Source: an uncultured delta proteobacterium | GTDB lineage: Bacteria; Desulfobacterota; Desulfobacteria; Desulfobacterales; SG8-13 | Direction of reading: 5' to 3' | Length of the DNA: 64,000 bases | Assembly: GCA_963848135.1 (NCBI GenBank) | Contig: CAWKCK010000018.1 | Span: 634,938 to 698,937, forward strand | Shown: positions 10,613 to 19,579 of the stretch, piece after piece | Numbering within the stretch: the first letter of the stretch is position 1 | How the letters are laid out: each line of letters opens with the position of its first letter | Program-made: the position numbers and the translations under genes | Notes under the pieces: generated by a model | Seen by the model: the letters and a program-made list of their open reading frames with translations, nothing else | Told to the model about the DNA's origin: nothing | The model's database searches: none

Positions 10613-12163
10613 CTACATAATGCGCTTGTGGATACGGTCCGCTTTGTAGAGCATCTTTTCCAGTTGCGTCATCTGATCACCAGCCGGTGTTAGGCCGATT
10701 TTGTTCTCCTTGGCCGCTTTCTTACGCTCCGCGGCCAATGCCTCACGTTCGGCGGCACGTTTGGCGCGGATTTTGGTTTCCTCGGCCTCGGTTTTGGCCT
10801 TGGCTTCGGCGGCCGCCTTGGCCGTGGCTTCGGCTTCCGCTTTGGCCTTGGCTTCAGCATCCGCCGCGGCCTTGGCTTCGGCATCCGCCTTGGCTTTGGC
10901 TTCGGCCTCTACCTTGGCTTTGGCTTCGGCCTCTACCTTGGCCTTGGCTTCGGCTTCTACCTTGGCGGCATCCACCGCGGGAGCCGCCGGTTGGGGAGCA
11001 GCCGCTGGTTTGGCCTCGGCAGCCGGTTTTGGTGCCGGTGCCGCCTTGGGCGCCTCCGCGGGTTTGGCCGGAGCAGCCTTGGCCGGAGCGGCCTTGGCCA
11101 CCGGAGCGGGTTTCTTTTCCTCTTCGATGGTCAGATCCAACTTCGGGGCAAGGGCCGCGAAGTCGATATCGACGTCGTCAAGAGCCTTGCCGATAGGAGC
11201 GATATCGGCGGCTGATCCACCGTCCGTAATCAGATCGATGTAAGCTTTCGTCAGGCGGATGGCCTCCGGATGACGCATGATCAGAATGTCGGATCCCGAC
11301 ATGAGGTAGGACACGGCACCGACGGCCTCCATCAGGACGGCTCGCCGCTCGGGATCGCCTAAAAGCGGCGCACTTTCCACCGTTTCCTTGGCTTCCTTAC
11401 ATTTCCAGACCTCGTTGGCCAGATTGTTGACAATCGGCAGTTGCAACTTGTCGTCACCCTGGTTGAGTGCGGCCATGCGAATACGCTCCATAACGGAGTA
11501 AGAGTATTCCAGTCCATAACCCAGCCCGCCGGTGGTGGGATCGATCATGATCCGATCGGTGGGCATACCAAGGTTTTCCAGCAGGATATTGACCTGTTTG
11601 GCGAGATTGACGTCGATCGGGGAAGAGGAAATGATCGTATGGCCGTAACCCATTGCCGCCGCACCGATACCCTTGTGATTTTTGTCCTCAACCGGACCGA
11701 TGACCAGCGGTTTGTCCTGGCAGACTTCAGCAACTTTTTTCAGGACCTCTTCGTCCTTCTGGACATTCGCGCATCCCCAAACGATCAGTGGCACATCGAT
11801 GGCAGCGGCAACCTTTTTGACCGTTGCGGCGGCATCATCAGCGCTCGTATTCTGGCCGTTCGGATCGATGCTCTTTAACTGTAAAACGATCAGCTCGGCA
11901 CCGTAGTCTTTAACGCATTTTTTGGCCCAGGCAGCCGGATCGGAAAGCACGCCCTTGAATGGGGCCAGGGCGGCTTCCGGCCAGTCTTCCGGCTCCATGT
12001 CCCAGACTTCCATGGCAATTCTGGGCTTATGGGGCACTTCACCTTCGAACTGGTAGAACGGATAGCTGGTCTCACCACCCACGGTCACCGCTTTGGCGCC
12101 CGTCCCCAGGGTGATCTCTTTGATCTTTCCCGTGTACGATTCCTTGTAAAATTCGAAGCCCAA
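10613..12163 (-). CDS. acsD: Corrinoid iron-sulfur protein small (delta) subunit with long Ala/Lys/Glu-rich C-terminal extension
   Basis: DPTTGGLGYGLEYSYSVMERIR; TTG start after a GGAGG RBS. Confidence 0.93.
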   Translation of the reverse strand: MGFEFYKESYTGKIKEITLGTGAKAVTVGGETSYPFYQFEGEVPHKPRIAMEVWDMEPEDWPEAALAPFKGVLSDPAAWAKKCVKDYGAELIVLQLKSIDPNGQNTSADDAAATVKKVAAAIDVPLIVWGCANVQKDEEVLKKVAEVCQDKPLVIGPVEDKNHKGIGAAAMGYGHTIISSSPIDVNLAKQVNILLENLGMPTDRIMIDPTTGGLGYGLEYSYSVMERIRMAALNQGDDKLQLPIVNNLANEVWKCKEAKETVESAPLLGDPERRAVLMEAVGAVSYLMSGSDILIMRHPEAIRLTKAYIDLITDGGSAADIAPIGKALDDVDIDFAALAPKLDLTIEEEKKPAPVAKAAPAKAAPAKPAEAPKAAPAPKPAAEAKPAAAPQPAAPAVDAAKVEAEAKAKVEAEAKAKVEAEAKAKADAEAKAAADAEAKAKAEAEATAKAAAEAKAKTEAEETKIRAKRAAEREALAAERKKAAKENKIGLTPAGDQMTQLEKMLYKADRIHKRIM

Positions 12164-12524
12164 TGTTACCTCCTTAATCTCAATAAATTTAATAATTCGT
12201 TGAGGTTACACACTACGCAAACAATGCGCACCCACCGGACGCAGGTAAGGCCGCCCGGAAAATCGAAGTGTCTTATCCCCTCCTTTCGTATATTGAATTT
12301 TCCAGTATATCTACCGATCTATAGTGCAGATGAAAAAACAGATTATATATGTAACGGTCAGATGACTGCAGTCGTGTCGTCTTTAGTGATGAGGGTATGG
12401 GCAAAAGAATGTGACTATCCATCGCATTGATTGGTTTGGTACCAAGGATAACCCTTTATATTGGGATATTATTTTTGTCAATAGAGGAGTCCAATAAATC
12501 GGTCTAATTTCGGCATTGTCGACG

Positions 12525-14471
12525 CTATTTTTTCATCATGGTATTGCGCATTTCCAAGCGCCTCTTGAGTTCGGGAAACTGGTTCAGATCTGTGTGAGGC
12601 AGAAACAGAGCTGCCACATAGTTGTCCATGTATGAGGTTGTTTCAGACAGTTCGAAATTGGTCATTTTGCGGGTCACTTCGACCACGTCGCGCCGGATGC
12701 GATTTGTCAGGGCACTCATCTTGGCACCCATCAACGAACCGTTACCGACGAAAATGACCCGCTCCGGATCGATTTCCGGCAGGAGTCCGATGGTCATTGC
12801 TTTGGCCAGATCGACATAACTGCCGAATCCACCGGCCAGAACAATGTGTTCGATATCCTGGATCCCCATGCCCACTTCCGTGAGCAGCGTCATGCAGGCG
12901 CTGTATATGGCAGCTTTGGCCCGGATGAAATTCTCGATGTCGATTTCCGAAATGATAATGTCCCGATCAATCTGGGTCTCGTCTTTCCATGCCAGAACAT
13001 ATTCCCAAATCCCCTCGACCTCTCGGATACGGAGCGTATCGAGGTCACGGTTGAATTTGCCTTGATGGTCGATGATACCCATTTCGAACATCGTGGCCAC
13101 AATGATGATCAAACCGGAGCCACAGATCCCCTTGGGACGGACATTTCCGATGGTGATGATCATCGGCTCCTGGCTCAGCGGGTCAATCGAAAAATCCTCG
13201 ATGGCCCCTTTGGTCGCGCGCATTCCAAAGGTAATTCCTCCCCCTTCAAATGCCGGCCCGGCTGATGCCGCCGCACACGCCAGCCAGTCTTTGTTACCGA
13301 TCACGATCTCGGCATTGGTCCCGATATCGATAAAAAGGGTCAGCGCCTCGGTACGGTAGACACCCGACCCCATGACACCGGCGACGATGTCTCCGCCCAC
13401 GTAGCTGGATACAGAGGGAAAAACCAGCGCGGATGCGTGATCCGCCAATTCCAATCCCAAGTCGGTGGCCGTGATCGGTGGATAAAGGGTAGATGCAGGC
13501 ACGTAAGGCGATCGCCGGATGTAACGGGGGTTCACATTTAGAAGCATTTGGGTCATGGTGGTGTTGCCGGCCAGGGTAATTGACGAAACCTCTTCTGCGT
13601 CGAGACTCGCCCGGCGAAGGACCTTGCGAATGACCGCATTGACGGTCTGGATCACCACCGCATGCAACCGCTTCAGACCACCGGGTTTCTCAGCGTAAAC
13701 GATCCGGCTGATCACGTCCTCCCCGTAGCTGATCTGACCGTTGAACTCTCCATATTGGGCCAGCACCTCCCCGCTGATCAGGTCGATCAATTGAGCATAA
13801 ACGGTAGTGGTCCCGATATCGACGGCAATGGCGTAATTCCGATCGGTGGTATCGCCGGGTTGTACGTCGATGATTCGGGTTTTACGGCCCTTGTGAACCG
13901 GTCTGGCCAGGGTAGCGGTCAACCTGAAATTATCCTGCCGCAGAACATCGGGAAGCTTCCGAATTACGGGCAACTCTACCACCAGACGGTGTTCGCCATG
14001 CTGCAACTTTAAAAAACTAACCAAACGGGTCGCATCGGCCAGGTTATCCTGAGCGGTGGGTGGGGGCAATTCCAGGTATTTCTTCTCCACCGGCGGCATG
14101 AACAATCCCTGATCTTTCAATTCCTCCAGGTTCATCTCCTGGATTCGCGCTGTCCGCCTTGGGGTGGCCTGCATGTTCAGTACCGCCGCATCGACCTCTG
14201 ATTCAACCGGAATGCGCACCGCGATATCTTCGGTAACGGTGCTCCGGCATGCCAACCGGTAGCCCTCGTCGATATCCTGACGATTGAGCCTGTCGCTGAG
14301 GCCGCCTTCGACCATACCTTTCTCGATAATAACGCGGCATTTTCCGCATACCCCTTCGCCGCCACAGGAGGCGTTCACGTGCACACCGGCTTCCATGGCC
14401 ACCCGAATGAGAATATCTCCTTTTGCCGCCTGAATGTCTTTATTATGGGGTAAAAACGTAACTTTTGGCAT
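12525..14471 (-). CDS. acsV: Reductive activator of corrinoid protein (RACo/AcsV; 2Fe-2S plus ASKHA ATPase)
   Basis: CGGEGVCGKC, DIGTTT, DIGTNAE, AGPAFEG, GICGSG. Confidence 0.88.
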   Translation of the reverse strand: MPKVTFLPHNKDIQAAKGDILIRVAMEAGVHVNASCGGEGVCGKCRVIIEKGMVEGGLSDRLNRQDIDEGYRLACRSTVTEDIAVRIPVESEVDAAVLNMQATPRRTARIQEMNLEELKDQGLFMPPVEKKYLELPPPTAQDNLADATRLVSFLKLQHGEHRLVVELPVIRKLPDVLRQDNFRLTATLARPVHKGRKTRIIDVQPGDTTDRNYAIAVDIGTTTVYAQLIDLISGEVLAQYGEFNGQISYGEDVISRIVYAEKPGGLKRLHAVVIQTVNAVIRKVLRRASLDAEEVSSITLAGNTTMTQMLLNVNPRYIRRSPYVPASTLYPPITATDLGLELADHASALVFPSVSSYVGGDIVAGVMGSGVYRTEALTLFIDIGTNAEIVIGNKDWLACAAASAGPAFEGGGITFGMRATKGAIEDFSIDPLSQEPMIITIGNVRPKGICGSGLIIIVATMFEMGIIDHQGKFNRDLDTLRIREVEGIWEYVLAWKDETQIDRDIIISEIDIENFIRAKAAIYSACMTLLTEVGMGIQDIEHIVLAGGFGSYVDLAKAMTIGLLPEIDPERVIFVGNGSLMGAKMSALTNRIRRDVVEVTRKMTNFELSETTSYMDNYVAALFLPHTDLNQFPELKRRLEMRNTMMKK

Positions 14472-14477
14472 TTCGTA

Positions 14478-16367
14478 TCATATCCTTAACTCATCGAACC
14501 GGCAGCTGAGTTTCAGCATTTCACCGTCGAAAAAGGTTTTGATTTGAAACGGCAGGCTGCTGAACAGCTTGATCATGCCCTGGTTCTGTGGAATCGTATA
14601 GGCCGTAAAGCCGGCTATGCCGTTTTCCCTTGCCGCTGCACTGAGCTTGTTGATTAGTATTTTTCCCAAGCCTTTTCCCTGATAGTCTTTACTGATGGAA
14701 AAAGCCACTTCAGCCATGTTGTTAGCCGGATCGAGCAGGTATTCGCCGATACCGACCACCCGCCGGAATCCGAAATCACCGACGACAGCCAATATCGTCA
14801 GGTCATTCATATAATCGATCAGGGAAACGCCTTCGATTTCGGCACGATCGAAGTAGGTTTTTTCGTGAAAAAAACGTGCAACAACATCCTTTTCGTCGAG
14901 GTTATAAAAATGTTCCTGAATACGACGGGCGTCGACCGGCTTGGCCGGCCGGATGACCACTTCCTGGCCATCGATTCTAATGGTTTCCTCCAAGTGAACC
15001 GGATAAACCCCATGGAGCGATTCGGTCACGGTACGCTTCCGACTAAGGAGCCCCCTTTCCTTGGCTTCCTCTAAAAGCTGATCTCGGAAGTCGGGGTGGG
15101 CGATGCTGATCATGGCCAAAGCCCTTTCCTGCAGGCTCTTACCGAAAAGGTTGACCGCCCCGTATTCGGTCACCACGTATGACGTGTCGCTACGCGGTAT
15201 GACCGTAGCCGTATCGGACAGCATCGGCACGACATGGCTGACCTTGCCGTTATGGGTGGTGGATCTGAGCATAAGAATCGATTTCCCGTTTTCTGCCTGG
15301 GAAGCTCCCCTGACAAAGTCGAGCATACCCGTAATGCCGGAAAACAGGTTTGACGGCAGGGCATCGGCGGCGACCTGTCCGGTCAGATCGATGGTCATGG
15401 CCACGTTCATGGATACCATTTTATTATGACGGGCAATGACGGCCGGGTCGTTGACATAGTCGGACGGATGGAGCTCGATTCCTGGATTATCGTGTATGTA
15501 TTCATACAGGCTCTTGCTGCCGATGGCGGTGCCGGCAATGATCTTCCCGTCATTGAATCCTTTTCTACGATTGGTCACCACCCCCCGGGCGACCAGGTGC
15601 ATGATATCATCCGTAAGGAACTGCGTATGAATGCCCAAATCGTTCTTTTCGGACAGTGCCAACATCACCGCCTGGGATGTTGTCCCCATACCGATCTGAA
15701 TGGTGGATCCGTCGTCTATAAGTCGTGTAATTTGACTGGCGAGAAGGTTGGCCTGCTGTGATTCCAACGATGTATCGATGGTCAGCAACTCCTCGTCGTA
15801 TTCGACGATGACATCGACATCGTTGACATGGATGAAACTGCGCCCGAGGGATCGGGGCATGTTGGCGTTGACCTGGGCAATGACGATATCAGCCGACTGC
15901 GCCGCCGCTAGAGTAATGTCGACCGAAACGCCCAGGCTCATCCAACCGAAGTCGTCCGGCGGCGAAACCTGAATCAGAGCGGCGTGAATCGGAAGCCGGC
16001 GTGTTTTGAACAAACGCGGTACCGCGGAAAGGTTGAGGGGCGTGATGAACCGTTGATTTTGGGCAAGCCCGCGCGGTTTGGCCGAGCCGGCGTAAAATAA
16101 GCGGATGTTGAGCGCCTCGCTCCTTGATTTTTTGGCCATAAGAGTCAGTGGGGCACTCTCAAGCGCCATCAGGCGGACGATTTCAAGGTCCTGCAATCGT
16201 TCGACTTCTTCCGACAGGATCCGCACCAGATGCTGCGGTTCACCGGAAGCCGCGCCGATGAATACCCGTTGGCCCGATCGTAGCAGCGTCATGGCTTCCC
16301 GGGCCGTTCGTTGACGCTGGATGTATAGATCGGCCCAGTAGCCCCGCCTTTTCATCATAGACATCAT
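14478..16367 (-). CDS. Acetyl-CoA hydrolase/transferase-like domain fused to a C-terminal GNAT acetyltransferase
   Basis: QVSPPDDFGWMSLG, VVTEYG and IAHPDFR; GNAT motif AEVAFSISKDYQGKGLG. Confidence 0.9.
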   Translation of the reverse strand: MMSMMKRRGYWADLYIQRQRTAREAMTLLRSGQRVFIGAASGEPQHLVRILSEEVERLQDLEIVRLMALESAPLTLMAKKSRSEALNIRLFYAGSAKPRGLAQNQRFITPLNLSAVPRLFKTRRLPIHAALIQVSPPDDFGWMSLGVSVDITLAAAQSADIVIAQVNANMPRSLGRSFIHVNDVDVIVEYDEELLTIDTSLESQQANLLASQITRLIDDGSTIQIGMGTTSQAVMLALSEKNDLGIHTQFLTDDIMHLVARGVVTNRRKGFNDGKIIAGTAIGSKSLYEYIHDNPGIELHPSDYVNDPAVIARHNKMVSMNVAMTIDLTGQVAADALPSNLFSGITGMLDFVRGASQAENGKSILMLRSTTHNGKVSHVVPMLSDTATVIPRSDTSYVVTEYGAVNLFGKSLQERALAMISIAHPDFRDQLLEEAKERGLLSRKRTVTESLHGVYPVHLEETIRIDGQEVVIRPAKPVDARRIQEHFYNLDEKDVVARFFHEKTYFDRAEIEGVSLIDYMNDLTILAVVGDFGFRRVVGIGEYLLDPANNMAEVAFSISKDYQGKGLGKILINKLSAAARENGIAGFTAYTIPQNQGMIKLFSSLPFQIKTFFDGEMLKLSCRFDELRI

Positions 16368-17225
16368 TGGTTCCTCATTAGTAAACTCGACCCCTTTTTG
16401 GAAAAACCGATTCGATTTGCACCGACTTTCGCATTACGGCAATGCCGGAATAGTGGGATACAAGACCGGAAAGTGGAACAACTCATTTGTAACAAACGAA
16501 CGCATCCCCATAAATCCATCCCTTCCGACACCCCATCTCTTGACTATGGCCTGTCTCCATGGCGGGTTTCCTGGACAGACCCTGAGGGTCTGAATCTCCT
16601 GTTGATTGGATCAATTTTCCCGATGGATGCCGACCATCAATGCAAACAGAACCGCAATGATTGCCTGACCACTCCGCGATTGACCCTTTTTGGCTGTACA
16701 ATTGCCGGATGCCTCCGTCTTTTCGACATATCCATTGGTTTCGGTAGCCGGCAAAGAGATTTTTCTATCAGCAACAATGGATGGCGTCAACCGCTCGCTT
16801 TTCTGAATCTCAGTACCCGATAAGATCCTGTTTTACCAACCTTTACCAACCCTGCGGCTTCTCGGCGTGGATCCGACCAGGGCTTGACTCTAAAGGGTCT
16901 TTTCCCCATAGTCCTCATCCACCATTTTCTAAAGGGATGCATTAGGACCTATGGTGCCTTAATGTAACGTCCACTAGATTATAACTGTATTTTGCTTCAT
17001 GACTTGACTTTTTTCAGCTCGTAAATTAGATAATTTATCATGTTTTGGCACGAGATTACACAGATAATCAGCGACAAGCTCGAACCTATCTGCAGGTCTG
17101 TGGTTATTGGAATATCAACGTGCCACTTTGAGATGCTGTCAGAATAGTAACTCAAAATCCACCTGACAAATTGGAATTTTGCAGTAAATCTGTTGTTCTA
17201 TCAACCCTACATTAGGAGGAATGCT

Positions 17226-18320
17226 ATGAAAAGACGGGAATTTATCAAGAAAGCTGGTGCTGGGGCTGTTGCAGCTGGAGCCGTGATTGCAGGAGCTCCT
17301 TTTGTACATGCACAAAAGACGATAGAAATTACAATGGTGACTACGTGGCCGCGTGATTTTCCTGGTCTGGGTACTGGCGCGCAACGTTTTGCAAAGCGAT
17401 TGTCCGATATGACCAATGGTCGTATGAAAGTGAACTATTTTGCCGCTGGTGAACGGGTAAAGGCCTTTGATTCCTTCGATGAAGTTGCCTCGGGCAATGC
17501 CCAGATATATCATGCCGCCGAATACTATTGGAAAGGCAAGCACCCGGGTTGGCCTTTTTTCTGTTCTGTTCCTTTTGGTTTAACCGTCAACGAATTTAAC
17601 GCCTGGATTCGCTTCGGCGGAGGCCAGGAATTATGGGATGAACTGGGTGCTGAATTTGGAATCAAAGGATTGATGTGCGGCAATACCGGCTCGCAGATGG
17701 GCGGATGGTTTCGCAAGGAAATCAACTCTGTCGATGACCTGAAGGGGCTCAAAATGCGTATTCCGGGCCTTGGCGGTGATGTCATGGCCAAGCTGGGCGT
17801 TTCCCCTGTTTCCCTTCCCGGTGGCCAGATTTATGAAAACCTGATTTCCGGATCAATTGATGCGACGGAGTGGGTTGGCCCCTGGAATGATGCATTCATG
17901 AAGTTCTATGAAGCCGCCAAGTATTACTACTATCCGGGCATGCATGAGCCAGGGTCGATGCTTGATATTGGCATGAACAAAAAATGGTGGGATGGCCTTT
18001 CAAAATCTGACCAAATGACCATTGAAACCGCCGCATCCATGGAAAATGATGTCATGATGGCTGAATTCAATTGGAAGAATGGCACAGCCCTTAAAAAACT
18101 GGTCACCGAGCAAGGCGTAAAACTACGAGAATTTAACGATGATATCTACGATGCTTTTGGTGAAGCCGCTGCGGAAGTGTTTGCAGAGACAAGAAAACAT
18201 AGTAAATTGGCAGCAAGAATCTATGACAGTTTTGACAACGCACGCAAAGAGGTGGGAAGCTGGATGAAGGTCTCCGATCAGGCCTACCTTAACCAGCGGA
18301 ACCGTGTACTTGGTCTCTGA
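17226..18320 (+). CDS. dctP: TRAP transporter substrate-binding protein (DctP, TakP-like), twin-arginine signal
   Basis: MKRREF signal, GNTGSQMGGWF, KMRIPGLGG, EWVGP. Confidence 0.92.
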   Translation: MKRREFIKKAGAGAVAAGAVIAGAPFVHAQKTIEITMVTTWPRDFPGLGTGAQRFAKRLSDMTNGRMKVNYFAAGERVKAFDSFDEVASGNAQIYHAAEYYWKGKHPGWPFFCSVPFGLTVNEFNAWIRFGGGQELWDELGAEFGIKGLMCGNTGSQMGGWFRKEINSVDDLKGLKMRIPGLGGDVMAKLGVSPVSLPGGQIYENLISGSIDATEWVGPWNDAFMKFYEAAKYYYYPGMHEPGSMLDIGMNKKWWDGLSKSDQMTIETAASMENDVMMAEFNWKNGTALKKLVTEQGVKLREFNDDIYDAFGEAAAEVFAETRKHSKLAARIYDSFDNARKEVGSWMKVSDQAYLNQRNRVLGL

Positions 18321-18344
18321 TCGATAGGTAAAAGTCTCCCATTG

Positions 18345-18377
18345 AAATATGGTACCCCCAAGGGGTACCATATTTTT
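18345..18377 (+). terminator. Stem-loop after dctP
   Basis: aaatatggtacccc-caa-ggggtaccatattt followed by T residues. Confidence 0.65.
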
Positions 18378-18462
18378 CGTCTATAGGGGATGTTTCAAAT
18401 AACCCATTCGGCTGTCCGGCTTCGTACCGCCGCACAATCACCATCCATCTGCTACCTCACAT

Positions 18463-19551
18463 ATGAACAGCCCACAACTTATGAGCTCACCAGACGCCAT
18501 CGATACTAATGATTTGTCAGGCACAGCTATAAAGAACGATGGTTCAGGCCATAAAGTCATTATTTTGGGGATACGCGCATTTGCAGTATCGATTGTCGCG
18601 ATCATGCTGCTTTTTCTGTTTAACAACTACCTGAATGTCTGGAGGCAGTGGCCTGGATTGCCATCTTTTTTTTCACACCATGGCTGGTTTGGCCTGGAAG
18701 CCTTGCGCACCCCTCTCGTGGACAACCAGATTACCAAAGGGTGGCTTCAGCTTCTGAGTTACTTGGGAGCGGTTGTGCTTGCTATCCTTTATGTTCTGTG
18801 GACCCGCAAACGGCCCTTGCGCGCGGATGCGGCTTTACTGTCCAGATTCGCGGCCTATATCATTCGAGCGGCCTTCTGGATCGTACTGATTATAGGCTTC
18901 GTCGATATCATTATCTCTTTTCTCAGGGTCGAGAACTTCCTGTCAGCACTGGTTGGTGATGAGTTAACCCAAGCCCTTGGGCGCCCCCAATTTCGCGGCA
19001 TGTATGTGCACTTTCCATTGATCCTGCTATCGTTTGTCATCGCTATTTTTAATCGATCGCTGGGATTTACCTGGTTGGCCTTTCTGGTCGTATTGGCAGA
19101 GTTCCAGATTGTTATTTCCCGATTTGTTTTTTCCTACGAACAGCCTTTCATGGGGGATCTCGTCCGTTTTTGGTATGCGGCACTATTTCTTTTTGCCAGT
19201 GCCTATACGTTGGTTCATGACGGACATGTCCGTGTCGATGTTCTTTATTCGCGATTCAATAAACGCAGCAAGGCATGGACCAATGCGGTCGGCACATTGC
19301 TGTTGGGCTTGCCAATGGGCTGGATTATCCTCATGACCGGCATGTGGGATAAAACCAGCAGTATCAACAGTCCGATACAAAGTTTCGAAGTTTCACAATC
19401 GGGTTATGGATTGTATGTGAAGTACCTGATGGTTGGTTTTTTAGCCGTTTACGCGGTGTCCATGATCATACAATTTGCCAGTTACTTGCTCGACAAGGTC
19501 GCTGACCTTCGTCAGGAACCAGGTGGTGATCAGTTAGCCGTTAAGTCCTAA
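18463..19551 (+). CDS. dctQ: TRAP transporter small permease (DctQ) with extra N-terminal TM segments
   Basis: AYTLVHDGHVRVDVLY motif; lies between dctP and dctM. Confidence 0.85.
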   Translation: MNSPQLMSSPDAIDTNDLSGTAIKNDGSGHKVIILGIRAFAVSIVAIMLLFLFNNYLNVWRQWPGLPSFFSHHGWFGLEALRTPLVDNQITKGWLQLLSYLGAVVLAILYVLWTRKRPLRADAALLSRFAAYIIRAAFWIVLIIGFVDIIISFLRVENFLSALVGDELTQALGRPQFRGMYVHFPLILLSFVIAIFNRSLGFTWLAFLVVLAEFQIVISRFVFSYEQPFMGDLVRFWYAALFLFASAYTLVHDGHVRVDVLYSRFNKRSKAWTNAVGTLLLGLPMGWIILMTGMWDKTSSINSPIQSFEVSQSGYGLYVKYLMVGFLAVYAVSMIIQFASYLLDKVADLRQEPGGDQLAVKS

Positions 19552-19579
19552 ACGATCAAAAAATAAAAAGGATCACTAC

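Noticed and set aside
16398..16823. 141-aa ORF in the intergenic region
   Set aside because: No recognisable motif, RBS or coding-like composition.
17045..17062. TGGCACG upstream of dctP as a sigma-54 promoter
   Set aside because: There is no TTGC at the -12 spacing.
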